Under the pieces are notes generated by a model. The model saw only the letters and a program-made list of their open reading frames with translations, searched no databases and was not told the origin of the DNA. Below are positions 1 through 9,363 of a stretch of DNA of 64,000 nt, piece by piece. The stretch is from Bacteroidia bacterium (GTDB lineage Bacteria > Bacteroidota > Bacteroidia > SpSt-205). The first letter of the stretch is position 1. Each line of letters starts with the position of its first letter. Where the stretch lies: contig JBCNVG010000041.1 of the NCBI GenBank assembly GCA_039630325.1, forward strand, positions 10,212 to 74,211, given 5' to 3'. The position numbers were made by a program, and so were the translations under genes.

Positions 1-783
1 GAAAAAGGGCAGACCCTCTGGCGATTCCGAGACAGCTTAGGCTTCTCCTATCAAGTTTGGCTTCCTGATGGCCTGCCCCAGCAAGGAGAAGTCATTCATC
101 CCGTGGCTCTATCGTCGGCCTCGACCTTCATTGAATCTAACCTGGCGATATTACCCATAGAACCCGCAGATCGTCGATACAGATATCGGGTCAGCCTGAC
201 CTCATTGGATAGTGCGCGCACCTATCCTCTACTTTTGGAAGCCGATGTGAGTGAAAGTTCCGGACTGCTGGCGCACCCAGCCCATGTACGCTTGTGGCAT
301 GGCGATTTGTATGTCCACATTACCAGTTTACCCAAGGCAGAAGGCCTGCCCCTCACTCAATCTACTTTGGCGCTTGGCCTTAGAGACACCGCTACCTTCG
401 AAGACATTGCCGTGGTATTTGAGCGGCTTACAGAAGTGGAAAATGCTCCTCATCCTACATTCAGAGCCTGGCTTGCGGTCTGGAAAGGCCTTCCTGAACT
501 GGTACAAAGATTTCCTGTGGATTTTGGCATACGGGACAAGGAGCTACTCACTCCGAGCGCCTCTGTCCCTTCGCTGGGTCTTTCTGTGCAGTTAGAGAGC
601 ATTTCCGTGAAAGCTGGCAAGCTCAACTTCCGGGTAGCCCTTCGCCGACGGCCTGATGCCTTCATTACTCTCAAAATCTTGTACAAGCCCTTCATTGGAC
701 TCTTTTGGCTGGGCATTTTGCTTACCTTAGCTGGTGCCTTTGGCGCAATGTTTCGTCATCGCCTAAACAGCCGTACGCTATGA
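1..783 (+). CDS. Hypothetical protein, 3' part of a gene that starts upstream of the window. It ends in a single hydrophobic helix followed by a short basic tail
   Basis: The reading frame is open from base 1 with no stop until 781-783. The C-terminus ...KPFIGLFWLGILLTLAGAFGAMFRHRLNSRTL is a classic transmembrane anchor. I recognise no catalytic motif. Confidence 0.5.
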   Translation, partial: EKGQTLWRFRDSLGFSYQVWLPDGLPQQGEVIHPVALSSASTFIESNLAILPIEPADRRYRYRVSLTSLDSARTYPLLLEADVSESSGLLAHPAHVRLWHGDLYVHITSLPKAEGLPLTQSTLALGLRDTATFEDIAVVFERLTEVENAPHPTFRAWLAVWKGLPELVQRFPVDFGIRDKELLTPSASVPSLGLSVQLESISVKAGKLNFRVALRRRPDAFITLKILYKPFIGLFWLGILLTLAGAFGAMFRHRLNSRTL

Positions 784-1262
784 GAATCATTCTCCTCATG
801 CGCCACGCTAAGTCAGATTGGTCAGCCAATGCCCTATCAGATTTCAATCGCCCCATCAGTGAGAAAGGCCTCAAAGATGCCCTACACCAAGCTCACGCTC
901 TCCTCCGAGAGGGCCACCGTCCAGATATCATCCTTTCCAGTCCGGCTATTCGTGCTTGGCAGACCGCTCATATTCTGGCTCAGGTAACTTCCCTTCCCCA
1001 TGAGTGGGTGCGTCCCGTGATGGCCTTTTATTGGGAAGAGGAAAATGCCATCTATGAAGCGCTAAGCGAACTCCCCGACAAAATACATACTGTGGCCTTA
1101 GTCGGGCACAATCCCTTATGGAGCAATATAGCGAGCCGCTGGCGTGGGGAAAGTGTAGAGATGGCTACGGCTGACATTATAGCTTTTGCCTGGAACGGGC
1201 CTTGGGACGCCATCTCTCAAGCGAAGCTGGATTTTCTCTTTCATTTGCGACGAACTGAATAG
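780..1262 (+). CDS. sixA: Histidine phosphatase superfamily protein, SixA-like phosphohistidine phosphatase
   Basis: The N-terminus MRIILLMRHAKSDW carries the RHG-type catalytic motif (here RHAKS), and a conserved downstream His lies in ALVGHNP. Size is about 160 aa. Its ATGA start/stop overlaps the upstream gene. Confidence 0.6.
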   Translation: MRIILLMRHAKSDWSANALSDFNRPISEKGLKDALHQAHALLREGHRPDIILSSPAIRAWQTAHILAQVTSLPHEWVRPVMAFYWEEENAIYEALSELPDKIHTVALVGHNPLWSNIASRWRGESVEMATADIIAFAWNGPWDAISQAKLDFLFHLRRTE

Positions 1263-1966
1263 AAGGCTTGGTACGGTAGAGCTTCTCCCTTGTAGAGGTA
1301 CAAACCGATGAGGTAAGCTCCTGGGGGGAGGTCCTCTACACGCCAGTAGAGATGGAGCGTATCCCAGCCCTCCTGGCCCCGAAGGGTGAAGCGGCGCTCT
1401 TCAATAGAGAGGTACTGCCGAAGCTCAGGCAGGGCGGCTCGCTCTTTGTATAAGGCTGCCTGACCGATATAAGTTTCATTTGGCAGAAAATAAACTACCT
1501 CCGTAGACGCAGAGAGAGTAGTCCGATCGTAGCCTGCTCCGATTTTGCTGAATATCACCGCCCATTGATCCGAGGAAAAAGTACCTGACTGGAAAGCTAC
1601 CCTCTGCCGCAAAGCATCCCACACCGTCACCTCCCACCGAATAGGAAAAGGCAGATCCGCTAAAGTCCAAGAGAGGAGATTATTGCTGCGGGGGATCTCG
1701 TCAGAAGAGCTATACAGATGCACGGTGTGGCGATACTGTCCATACACCCGGGTGCTATCCCGAATGAGGATTTCCACTTGATACGCTGCGTAACATAGCG
1801 TATCGATTTGGATATAAGCACTGGGAGAAAAGAGTAGCCATAGACGAGCTGAGCCATGTTTATACACGGCTTGTACCTCAAATAGGTTCTGCCCAAAGGT
1901 CGTACTCAGTGGCATCCACCACCCGTACCCAAGCAAAGTCGCCCACAGGCAGGCGCTGCGCAGCAT
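1241..1966 (-). CDS. Hypothetical secreted protein
   Basis: The ORF has a hydrophobic signal-like N-terminus (MLRSACLWATLLGYGWW...). Its 3' end overlaps the convergent sixA 3' end, and its 5' end overlaps the rimO 3' end, so the true start is uncertain. Confidence 0.4.
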   Translation of the reverse strand: MLRSACLWATLLGYGWWMPLSTTFGQNLFEVQAVYKHGSARLWLLFSPSAYIQIDTLCYAAYQVEILIRDSTRVYGQYRHTVHLYSSSDEIPRSNNLLSWTLADLPFPIRWEVTVWDALRQRVAFQSGTFSSDQWAVIFSKIGAGYDRTTLSASTEVVYFLPNETYIGQAALYKERAALPELRQYLSIEERRFTLRGQEGWDTLHLYWRVEDLPPGAYLIGLYLYKGEALPYQAFYSVRRK

Positions 1967-3176
1967 CCGAAACATACACGAGATTATCTACCTCTATGGC
2001 GTCATATTCGGTGCGGGCTATGGCTATATCGCCCTGTCGCTCATCCACCAGTACCTTGAGAGTGCGTCCGATGAGCTGCTGATTCCATTCATAGGAAATC
2101 CGCTGTTGAAGAGTCATGAGCTGATGATAGCGCCGCTTTTTGAGACGCATAGGCACATCATCCTCGTACTGGTAAGCCGTTGTGCCCTCCTCGTGAGAAT
2201 AGAGAAATGCCCCCACTCGCTCTATGCGATACTGCTCCAGAAAGTCTAATAGTTCAGCAAGGTCTTGCTCTGTTTCGCCAGGAAAACCTACGATAAAAGT
2301 AGAGCGAAGGACAATCCCTGGCACAGTTTCTCGGATAGTAGTGAGGAGAGCCTCGGTTTTAGCCCGAGAAAGGCCGCGTCGCATGCGCCGCAGCACACGG
2401 TCTGAAATATGCTGAAGGGGCATGTCCAAGTACTTACAAATGGACGGAGCCTCACGAATGATCGGGAGTATCTCCATCGGAAATCCCGCCGGATACGCAT
2501 AATGAAGCCGAATCCATCCTATGCCCTCAATCATGGCCATTTTCTCCAGTAGCTCCGCTAATCGTCGTTTGCCGTAGCGGTCTATGCCGTAGTAAGTCAA
2601 ATCTTGGGCTATCAAGCTAATTTCTTTGACGCCTTGGGCGACGAGGTTCCGAGCTTCTGCCAGAATCTCCTCCATCGGACGAGACACATGAGCACCCCGC
2701 ATCAAAGGAATAGCACAAAAGCTGCACTTGCGATTACAGCCCTCAGAGATTTTCAGATACGCGTGGTGAGCGTAGCCCATTCGTTCTCTTTCCCCAAGCA
2801 GGTACCGGCGGAGATTCCCTTGAAGCTCCATGATAAGCTTGTCATACTCCGCTTGGGTAAAAAATCCATCCACTTCGGGTAGCTCTGCTTGAAGAGTAGC
2901 CTTATCTCGGGCGACAAGACATCCGACCACATACAGCCGCTGAATAAGGCCCCGCTGTTTCGCTTCTGCATAATGAAGAATCGCCTCTACGGATTCGCGT
3001 TTAGCTCGATCTATAAAGCCGCAGGTATTGAGTACTACTACGTCCGCAGTCGCTAAGTCTGTGGAATGGGAAAGCTCATACCGCTCTGAGAGAGACGCCG
3101 CTAAGCGCTCAGAGTCGAATACATTCTTGCTGCAGCCCAGGGTAGCTATGTGCAAACGCTTAGGTTTTGTGTGCAT
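1878..3176 (-). CDS. rimO: Ribosomal protein S12 methylthiotransferase RimO (MiaB-family radical SAM enzyme)
   Basis: The N-terminal MTTase domain shows LHIATLGCSKN. The radical-SAM cluster motif CNRKCSFCAIP is present. A C-terminal TRAM-like region follows. Length is about 430 aa. Confidence 0.85.
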   Translation of the reverse strand: MHTKPKRLHIATLGCSKNVFDSERLAASLSERYELSHSTDLATADVVVLNTCGFIDRAKRESVEAILHYAEAKQRGLIQRLYVVGCLVARDKATLQAELPEVDGFFTQAEYDKLIMELQGNLRRYLLGERERMGYAHHAYLKISEGCNRKCSFCAIPLMRGAHVSRPMEEILAEARNLVAQGVKEISLIAQDLTYYGIDRYGKRRLAELLEKMAMIEGIGWIRLHYAYPAGFPMEILPIIREAPSICKYLDMPLQHISDRVLRRMRRGLSRAKTEALLTTIRETVPGIVLRSTFIVGFPGETEQDLAELLDFLEQYRIERVGAFLYSHEEGTTAYQYEDDVPMRLKKRRYHQLMTLQQRISYEWNQQLIGRTLKVLVDERQGDIAIARTEYDAIEVDNLVYVSDAAQRLPVGDFAWVRVVDATEYDLWAEPI

Positions 3177-5024
3177 TTATTGAGGGGTAATGAGCGTAGT
3201 ATTTTTGATCCGGTCTAAAAGCTGGGGGCGGGAAACTGTTCCTGTAAGATATTTTTCCACCACGAGGCTGGCAATCGGAGCGGCCCATGTGGCTCCCCAG
3301 CCTGCATTTTCTACGATTACGGCGATGGCGATTTTAGGATCGTCCCACGGCGCAAATCCCACAAAGACTGAATGGTCTGCTCCATGCGGATTTTGAGCCG
3401 TACCAGTTTTACCACACAATCCCAATCCTGGGACGTAGGCAGAGTAGCCAGTGCCCGCCTCCACCGCTTCCCTCATCCCTTGAATAACCACTTCAAAGTG
3501 CTGCGGATCAATCGGTACCCGGATAGTATCAAAGTGACTCACTTGTCGTTCAACATGCCCGTATACATAGCGTAGGAAATGGGGCTGGATATAAAATCCT
3601 CGATTAGCAATCACGCACATCACATTCGCCATCTGGAGGGGGGTCATCAAAATTTCCCCCTGCCCGATACTATTGCTGATGATGGTGAATGCATTCCATC
3701 GTCCAGGTTTGTAAATTTTGTCATAGTAGGCCCGACTGGGTACATTCCCTGGTTTCTCGGAGGGAATATCGACGCCTATTCGCCTGCCCACCCCGAAGTA
3801 CATTACATACTCTCGCCAGCGCTCATAAGCTGACCCTATACTTTCATGACGAGGATGATGCAGAAAATCTGTATAAAGTGAGGCGAAATAAGCGTTACAA
3901 GAATGTTGTATCGCCCCTACGAGGGAGAGAGGCGAGGGGTGGCCATGGCACGCAGGTTTGCCTCCATTTCTCAAGTATCCCATCCCGCAAGGGTAGGCTG
4001 TCTCAGTGGTCAGTGTACTCTCCTGAAGAGCGATGAGAGCATTGATGAGTTTGAAAGTAGAACCAGGCGGATACATGGCTTGTATAGCCCGATTGTACAA
4101 AGGAGAGTTAGGCGCTCTCTGGAGCTTCTGCCAGTTTGTAGCTAACTCTTGACCTGAAAGAAGGTTAGGATCATAAGTCGGCATGCTCACCGAACAGAGT
4201 ATTTCACCCGTTTTTGGCTCTATCGCTACTATAGCTCCTACCTTTCCATAGAGTAGACTTTCGGCGAACTGCTGCAAATCCACATCTACGGTGAGAACGA
4301 GGTCAGCTCCCCGAACAGGCGGAATATCATGCTGCCCATCGTGGTAGGGATAAAGCTCGCGTCCCATCGCATCTACTACGACATACCGAAATCCCTTCCG
4401 CCCAGCTAAGAGAGACTCATATTGCCGCTCGAGGCCTGACCGGCCGATAAGATTACCCAGAGTATAGCGTCCTTCTGATTCTGCGATTTCCTTTGGCGTG
4501 ACCTCGCTAATGTAGCCTAAAAAGTGAGCCCCACTCGGATAAAGGTAGCTTCGGGTATGGAGGGCTTGTGCAGAAAAGCCCGTTTGCTTCCAACTCTGCT
4601 CCATGAGGTTAGCATAGCGCGGGAGAGATACATACCGCACAAGCAGACTCGGTTTGGTGCGGCTAAACTCATTCGCCTGCTGCATGCGCTGCTGAAGAAT
4701 CTTGGGAGGCAGATTGAATATCTGACATAAGCTGGCCGTATCTATGCCAAAGGCTTCCTTTGGAGTGATGAAAATGTTGAAGAAAGGTACATTGGACACC
4801 CAGAGTCGCTCCTTCCTATCCAGGAGCACCCCCCGAGGAGGAATAACCTCTACGCGACGGACGGTATTCATAGCAGCCTGGCGCTGCCCCTCCGGCGAAG
4901 TAAGCTGAAGCTGAGCCAGTCGAATCACCAGCAAAAGCCCCGTACCAATCACAATCCCCATCCAAACCCGCTTCCTCTCTGAATACTTAGCTTCGTACAT
5001 GTCGCTGCTGGAGAGCAATGACAA
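3177..5024 (-). CDS. mrdA: Penicillin-binding protein 2 (peptidoglycan D,D-transpeptidase of the elongasome)
   Basis: There is an N-terminal TM anchor. The transpeptidase motifs STFK, SCN and KTGT are all present. The gene lies immediately downstream of mreBCD. Confidence 0.9.
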   Translation of the reverse strand: MSLLSSSDMYEAKYSERKRVWMGIVIGTGLLLVIRLAQLQLTSPEGQRQAAMNTVRRVEVIPPRGVLLDRKERLWVSNVPFFNIFITPKEAFGIDTASLCQIFNLPPKILQQRMQQANEFSRTKPSLLVRYVSLPRYANLMEQSWKQTGFSAQALHTRSYLYPSGAHFLGYISEVTPKEIAESEGRYTLGNLIGRSGLERQYESLLAGRKGFRYVVVDAMGRELYPYHDGQHDIPPVRGADLVLTVDVDLQQFAESLLYGKVGAIVAIEPKTGEILCSVSMPTYDPNLLSGQELATNWQKLQRAPNSPLYNRAIQAMYPPGSTFKLINALIALQESTLTTETAYPCGMGYLRNGGKPACHGHPSPLSLVGAIQHSCNAYFASLYTDFLHHPRHESIGSAYERWREYVMYFGVGRRIGVDIPSEKPGNVPSRAYYDKIYKPGRWNAFTIISNSIGQGEILMTPLQMANVMCVIANRGFYIQPHFLRYVYGHVERQVSHFDTIRVPIDPQHFEVVIQGMREAVEAGTGYSAYVPGLGLCGKTGTAQNPHGADHSVFVGFAPWDDPKIAIAVIVENAGWGATWAAPIASLVVEKYLTGTVSRPQLLDRIKNTTLITPQ

Positions 5025-5496
5025 AAATAATCCATTCCCACAGTAAGGTATAGGTCGTACTCAATCCAGCCCGAAAAAACACGACCCATGAAACCTCCCA
5101 GGCCGCCAGCGGGAAGTACCACATATGGTGAAGGAGGGTCAGTGGAAAGGCATATAGGAAAAATTCCCCCAAAGTGAGATGGTACAGAGAGGTATTTAGT
5201 TCCCATTCAGGCGGGAGGTTAGGATGAGAAATGCGAAAAATGAGCTTGCGAAGCGCCATTATCCATAGTCCGCAAAAAGTTTGTAGACCATGGGGGGGAA
5301 AAAGGATATCCATCAAAGCCCCGTAGCTGATTGCTAAGGCCCCCACAGTCCAAGGGGACCACGAGAATGGGAGCAAAAGCCAAAATAGGACATAGGGAGC
5401 AGGATAAGCAATATTTTCTACGGAAAGGCTGGGGGCAAGAATGAGCTGGAACACTAATAGCCCAATCCCCGTAAGGATAACTTTGACAATATCCAT
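4987..5496 (-). CDS. mreD: Rod shape-determining protein MreD
   Basis: Polytopic membrane protein of about 170 aa sitting between mreC and mrdA. The assignment rests mainly on operon position. Confidence 0.7.
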   Translation of the reverse strand: MDIVKVILTGIGLLVFQLILAPSLSVENIAYPAPYVLFWLLLPFSWSPWTVGALAISYGALMDILFPPHGLQTFCGLWIMALRKLIFRISHPNLPPEWELNTSLYHLTLGEFFLYAFPLTLLHHMWYFPLAAWEVSWVVFFRAGLSTTYTLLWEWIIFVIALQQRHVRS

Positions 5497-6294
5497 CTAC
5501 GATGAGGGTATCAAAATAAACACCCCAGAGAGCTTAGACCAATCAGCATAGGTACGCACTTCTATACTGTGAAATCCTCTGGTAAAGTCACTGCGCACGG
5601 TTCGGACCTGCCCTATCCGTAACCCAGCGGGAAAGATCAGACTATTAGGGGCGGTCCACACTTCCTCGTTCGGCCCTACTCGCACATACAGGGGAATGTA
5701 CTCCAGAGTAAGGCTATTGAGGGTAGGGGACGACCAACTCACTACTCCGATCACTCCGTGCCGAGGAAGAGTAGCTGATAAATGTACGTCTTTGTGAAAG
5801 AGGGCATACATGATGCTATAAGTTGCAGTCGTTTCGGCAATGAGACCGATTACTCCTTCGGTCGTAATCACCCCCAAGCCAGGATACACTCCATCTCGAC
5901 TACCTTTATTCAGAATGGCATAGTTTTCTCGCAGGAGGAGGGTTTGATAAACTACTTTAGCAGGCAGGAGTTTGTACTTAGCCAAAGCTGAGAAGTCACC
6001 GATACCCCCTGTAGGAAAAGGCACAGCTATGCTTGTGTCTGACAGGCTACTAAGCCGAGCCTGAAGCTGTGCTACGAGCTGCTCCAGCTCCTCTACTTGC
6101 CCCAATGCGCGCCAGGGACTGGATACCCACGCAGCCAGCTCATGGATGCCTTTCTGGACCGAGAGGGCGAATCGCTCAATAGCATTTTTAGGCGCAGGAG
6201 TGAAGCTAACAAAAAAATAAAAAGCAGCTCCCTGCCCCACCATCCATAAGAACGCTGGATGTACCAGAAAGCGTAGCCAAGTAGCAGGATTCAT
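5497..6294 (-). CDS. mreC: Rod shape-determining protein MreC
   Basis: It has an N-terminal TM segment, a coiled-coil stretch (LEQLVAQLQARLSSL) and a beta-rich C-terminal domain. It directly follows mreB. Confidence 0.8.
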   Translation of the reverse strand: MNPATWLRFLVHPAFLWMVGQGAAFYFFVSFTPAPKNAIERFALSVQKGIHELAAWVSSPWRALGQVEELEQLVAQLQARLSSLSDTSIAVPFPTGGIGDFSALAKYKLLPAKVVYQTLLLRENYAILNKGSRDGVYPGLGVITTEGVIGLIAETTATYSIMYALFHKDVHLSATLPRHGVIGVVSWSSPTLNSLTLEYIPLYVRVGPNEEVWTAPNSLIFPAGLRIGQVRTVRSDFTRGFHSIEVRTYADWSKLSGVFILIPSS

Positions 6295-6312
6295 CAGAAG
6301 AGCCTCAGAGGC

Positions 6313-7338
6313 TCAGCTTTTGACGAGAAGAAAGTGAAACTTGTGAAGATTACGTAGGGCATAGCTGGTTCCCTTAGCAATGGCTCGAAGGGGGTCATCG
6401 GCGATCCGGACAGGCAAGTGCGTCTGCTGAGCAATGCGTTGATCCAAGCCGCGCAAGAGAGCCCCTCCTCCAGCCATGTGTATACCCCGCTCGACTAAGT
6501 CAGCGGCGATTTCTGGTGGGGTTGCCCCTAAGGTTTGCATGACAGCTTCCAGGATTTTAGAGATAGACTTGTCCAACGCCGCCACAATCTCACGGTAAGA
6601 CACATACAAGGTGCGAGGAGTTCCCGTCATAATGTCCTTACCTCGGACGGGTTGATTAGGTGGGGGATCGGGAATATCGGTGATAGCGGCACCAATCTCA
6701 ATCTTGATTCGCTCGGCGGTACGCTCGCCGATTTGGAGATTGTGCTGGCGACGAATGTACTCTACAATATCCGCATTGAGCTCATCCCCAGCAATTCGGA
6801 TACTTTTGTCGCAGACGATTCCGCCTAAAGTGATCACGGCAATCTCGGTGGTACCTCCGCCGATGTCTATGACCATATTTCCCTCGGGCGCTTCTACATC
6901 TATATCCATCCCGAGGGCTGCGGCCATCGGCTCATGGATCAAATATACCTCTCGGGCACCCGCTCGCTCCGCTGAATCCCGTACCGCTCGCTCTTCCACC
7001 TCTGTAATACCACTGGGAATACACACCATGAGTCGGAGATTAGGCTTGAGCAAGCGACGACTGCCGGGTATTTTCGCCAGGAAGCCTCGAATCATCGCCT
7101 CCGCCATCGCAAAATCAGCAATCACTCCGCCCCGCAGCGGGCGCACAGTTCGGATATTTTTGTGGGCCTTCTCGTGCATGTAAAGCGCCTCTTGCCCCAC
7201 CGCTATCACCCGATTCTTCGTCTGATCAATCGCTACGATAGATGGCTCATCAATCACTACTTCGCCATCTATCATAATCACTGTATTCGCTGTGCCGAGG
7301 TCTATGGCGATATCCTGTTTCAGTAGGAGGCCGAACAT
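6313..7338 (-). CDS. mreB: Rod shape-determining actin homologue MreB
   Basis: MFGLL..DIAIDLGTANTVIM at the N-terminus. Actin-fold phosphate motifs DIGGGTTEIAV and GGGALLRGL are present. Length is 341 aa. Confidence 0.95.
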   Translation of the reverse strand: MFGLLLKQDIAIDLGTANTVIMIDGEVVIDEPSIVAIDQTKNRVIAVGQEALYMHEKAHKNIRTVRPLRGGVIADFAMAEAMIRGFLAKIPGSRRLLKPNLRLMVCIPSGITEVEERAVRDSAERAGAREVYLIHEPMAAALGMDIDVEAPEGNMVIDIGGGTTEIAVITLGGIVCDKSIRIAGDELNADIVEYIRRQHNLQIGERTAERIKIEIGAAITDIPDPPPNQPVRGKDIMTGTPRTLYVSYREIVAALDKSISKILEAVMQTLGATPPEIAADLVERGIHMAGGGALLRGLDQRIAQQTHLPVRIADDPLRAIAKGTSYALRNLHKFHFLLVKS

Positions 7339-7340
7339 AA

Positions 7341-8738
7341 TCAGTGCCGAAAATGCCGATACTCAGTAAAGGTCAGGCAAATATCGGATTTCTCAGCAAA
7401 GGATTGAATCTCGCCTTGACGCTTTCCACCTGGAGGGACTGCTACACGCTTTATCCCTGCTGAATGAATGAGCTCCAGGCTATCCACGAAGGGGAAAAAT
7501 CCATCGCTCGCCAAGAGCACCGAATCCATGGGGACGCCCTTATGCTTAGCCCGTTCTATGGCCAATCGCACCGCTTCCACTCGAGAAGTTTGACCACTTG
7601 CCGCTGCTATGAGCTGACCATCCTTCGTAATGACAATAGCATTAGAGTACAAAGCACGCAAGAGACGAGCGGCCCATCGTACCTCTATATCTTTCTCATC
7701 CGCCGTATTAGGGGTTTGATATAAGAGCCCCCCAAGGGCGGTCCGCACCTCCCAGGCTGGCCCAGGAGTCGCGGGTAGCTTGACAAGCGTAGCGCTTTTG
7801 TGGCGAAGCAGCCACACCTGCGCTTCCTCCGTCATCTCAGGTGCTGCCAACACTTCTATAAACAGTCCCTTTGTCAGAAGAGCCCATTCCAGACTGATAG
7901 GGAAGTTGCAGACAATCACGCCCCCATAGGCTGCTACAGGATCCCCTTCTAACGCCTTCTGATAAGCTTCGGCAGGCGTGTCCGCATAGGCGGCCCCGCA
8001 AGGTTGAGTATGCTTGAGAATCACGCAAGCAGGCTTTTCCCAGCCACTGACGATTCGATGACCAATCGATAAGTCTAACAGATTGTTGTATGACAGAGCC
8101 TTGCCTCCCACTGTGGCTGGAAGCTTGCCGACGAAAAAGGCCGCTTGATGCGGATTTTCGCCGTACCGGAGAGACTCAGCATAGATAGGCTGCTGCAGAA
8201 ATCCCTGAGCAATGCGCGCATCATAAGCCGCCATAAGCGCAAAGGTTTCCGCAGCAAATCGATAGCGTACTTCTATGGGGGGCAGCGCTTGATAAGTTTC
8301 CAGGAGGCTCATTGCTTCTTGGTAGTGATCCGGCCCCACAATCGGCCAAACTCTTTCATAGTTTTTGGCTGCGGCGCGGAGGAGGCTTACCCCTCCGATA
8401 TCTATGAGGTCTACCCAAGCTTCGGTCTCGCGCTGAAAAGGGTATACCTCCACCACGACTATATCCCAGGGCAGGTAGGGCGCAGGAAGCGCTTCTCCCG
8501 GTCTGGCTAGTATCCCCGCAAATACAGCAGGATGAAGAGTTTTTACCCGTCCACCCAGGAGATCGGTAAAGCCAGTCAAAGCTTCCACGGATCTGACAGG
8601 CACTCCCGCTTCCGAAAAAGCTTTGGCTGTGCCCGCAGAAGCCCAAATCTCCCCTCCGAGCTGGTAGATGCGTTGAGCTAGGGGTACGGCTCGCTCCTTA
8701 TTCCAAACGGAAAATAAGGCTCGTAGGCTATGATCCAT
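7341..8738 (-). CDS. purH: Bifunctional AICAR formyltransferase / IMP cyclohydrolase PurH
   Basis: The N-terminal MGS-like domain (RALFSVWNKERAVPLAQRIYQLGGEIWASAGTAKAF...GRVKTLHPAVFAGILAR) is followed by an AICARFT domain. I placed the start at the internal Met at 8738 to match the usual PurH N-terminus and to avoid overlapping the upstream gene. Confidence 0.85.
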   Translation of the reverse strand: MDHSLRALFSVWNKERAVPLAQRIYQLGGEIWASAGTAKAFSEAGVPVRSVEALTGFTDLLGGRVKTLHPAVFAGILARPGEALPAPYLPWDIVVVEVYPFQRETEAWVDLIDIGGVSLLRAAAKNYERVWPIVGPDHYQEAMSLLETYQALPPIEVRYRFAAETFALMAAYDARIAQGFLQQPIYAESLRYGENPHQAAFFVGKLPATVGGKALSYNNLLDLSIGHRIVSGWEKPACVILKHTQPCGAAYADTPAEAYQKALEGDPVAAYGGVIVCNFPISLEWALLTKGLFIEVLAAPEMTEEAQVWLLRHKSATLVKLPATPGPAWEVRTALGGLLYQTPNTADEKDIEVRWAARLLRALYSNAIVITKDGQLIAAASGQTSRVEAVRLAIERAKHKGVPMDSVLLASDGFFPFVDSLELIHSAGIKRVAVPPGGKRQGEIQSFAEKSDICLTFTEYRHFRH

Positions 8739-9363
8739 ATACTGTCCCGGCTTTGACAGACTCACGCACCACAGCTCCGGGGAGGATATGGGCCCCCTTC
8801 CCTATCTTGACCCCAGCCTCTAAAATAGCTCCACGCCCTATCCAAGTGTAAGATTCAATCTCGCAGTACTCCCCTATGTGACAGCCACTGCCGATGTTGA
8901 CGAAGTCATCGATGCGCGTTTCTGCACCTACATAAGTGTGACTCTCTATGGTGACATAGCCTCCTATTTGGGCTGAAATGCCAAACACCACGTAGGGCAA
9001 GATGATAGCCCCTCCACCGATTTGGAGGTCAGACGGTACAAACGCTGTACGATGAATGCAGCTGCGAGCTGGACGGTTGACCCGCTCAAATAGCTCGTTT
9101 GCCATGCGCTCCCGAGCCACAGGATCAGTGAGGGCAATCACATAGTCTGCTTCTCCGGCACGAATGAGTTTCCATATGCGTGCTCGCGTGATAGGAGGTA
9201 AAATGCTAAATCCATCCTGTTCGTTTTCAGGATGCTCTTTGGTAGGGGCGAAACCGTAGACAAGTTCTCCTTCCGTTTCCAGGAGCTGCGCAGCCCAGCG
9301 GGCCAGCAATCCAGTCCCTACAATCAAAATCCCGTTCTTCGGAATCCTATCGGCTTGACTCAT
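8728..9363 (-). CDS. NeuD/PglD-family sugar O-/N-acyltransferase (left-handed beta-helix, hexapeptide repeats)
   Basis: There is an N-terminal Rossmann-like GILIVGTGLLARW segment. The C-terminal region has hexapeptide repeats (IGGGAIILP..., IGGYVTIE..., IGSGCHIG..., IGRGAIL..., IGKGAHILPGAVV). Confidence 0.75.
   Translation of the reverse strand: MSQADRIPKNGILIVGTGLLARWAAQLLETEGELVYGFAPTKEHPENEQDGFSILPPITRARIWKLIRAGEADYVIALTDPVARERMANELFERVNRPARSCIHRTAFVPSDLQIGGGAIILPYVVFGISAQIGGYVTIESHTYVGAETRIDDFVNIGSGCHIGEYCEIESYTWIGRGAILEAGVKIGKGAHILPGAVVRESVKAGTVYGS

Noticed and set aside
6535-7183. Plus-strand ORFs (97 aa and 167 aa) inside the mreB locus
   Set aside because: They run antisense to the strongly supported mreB CDS. 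Their composition is low-complexity, Arg/Ser-rich and mirror-frame, and they contain no motif. They are typical shadow ORFs in GC-rich coding DNA
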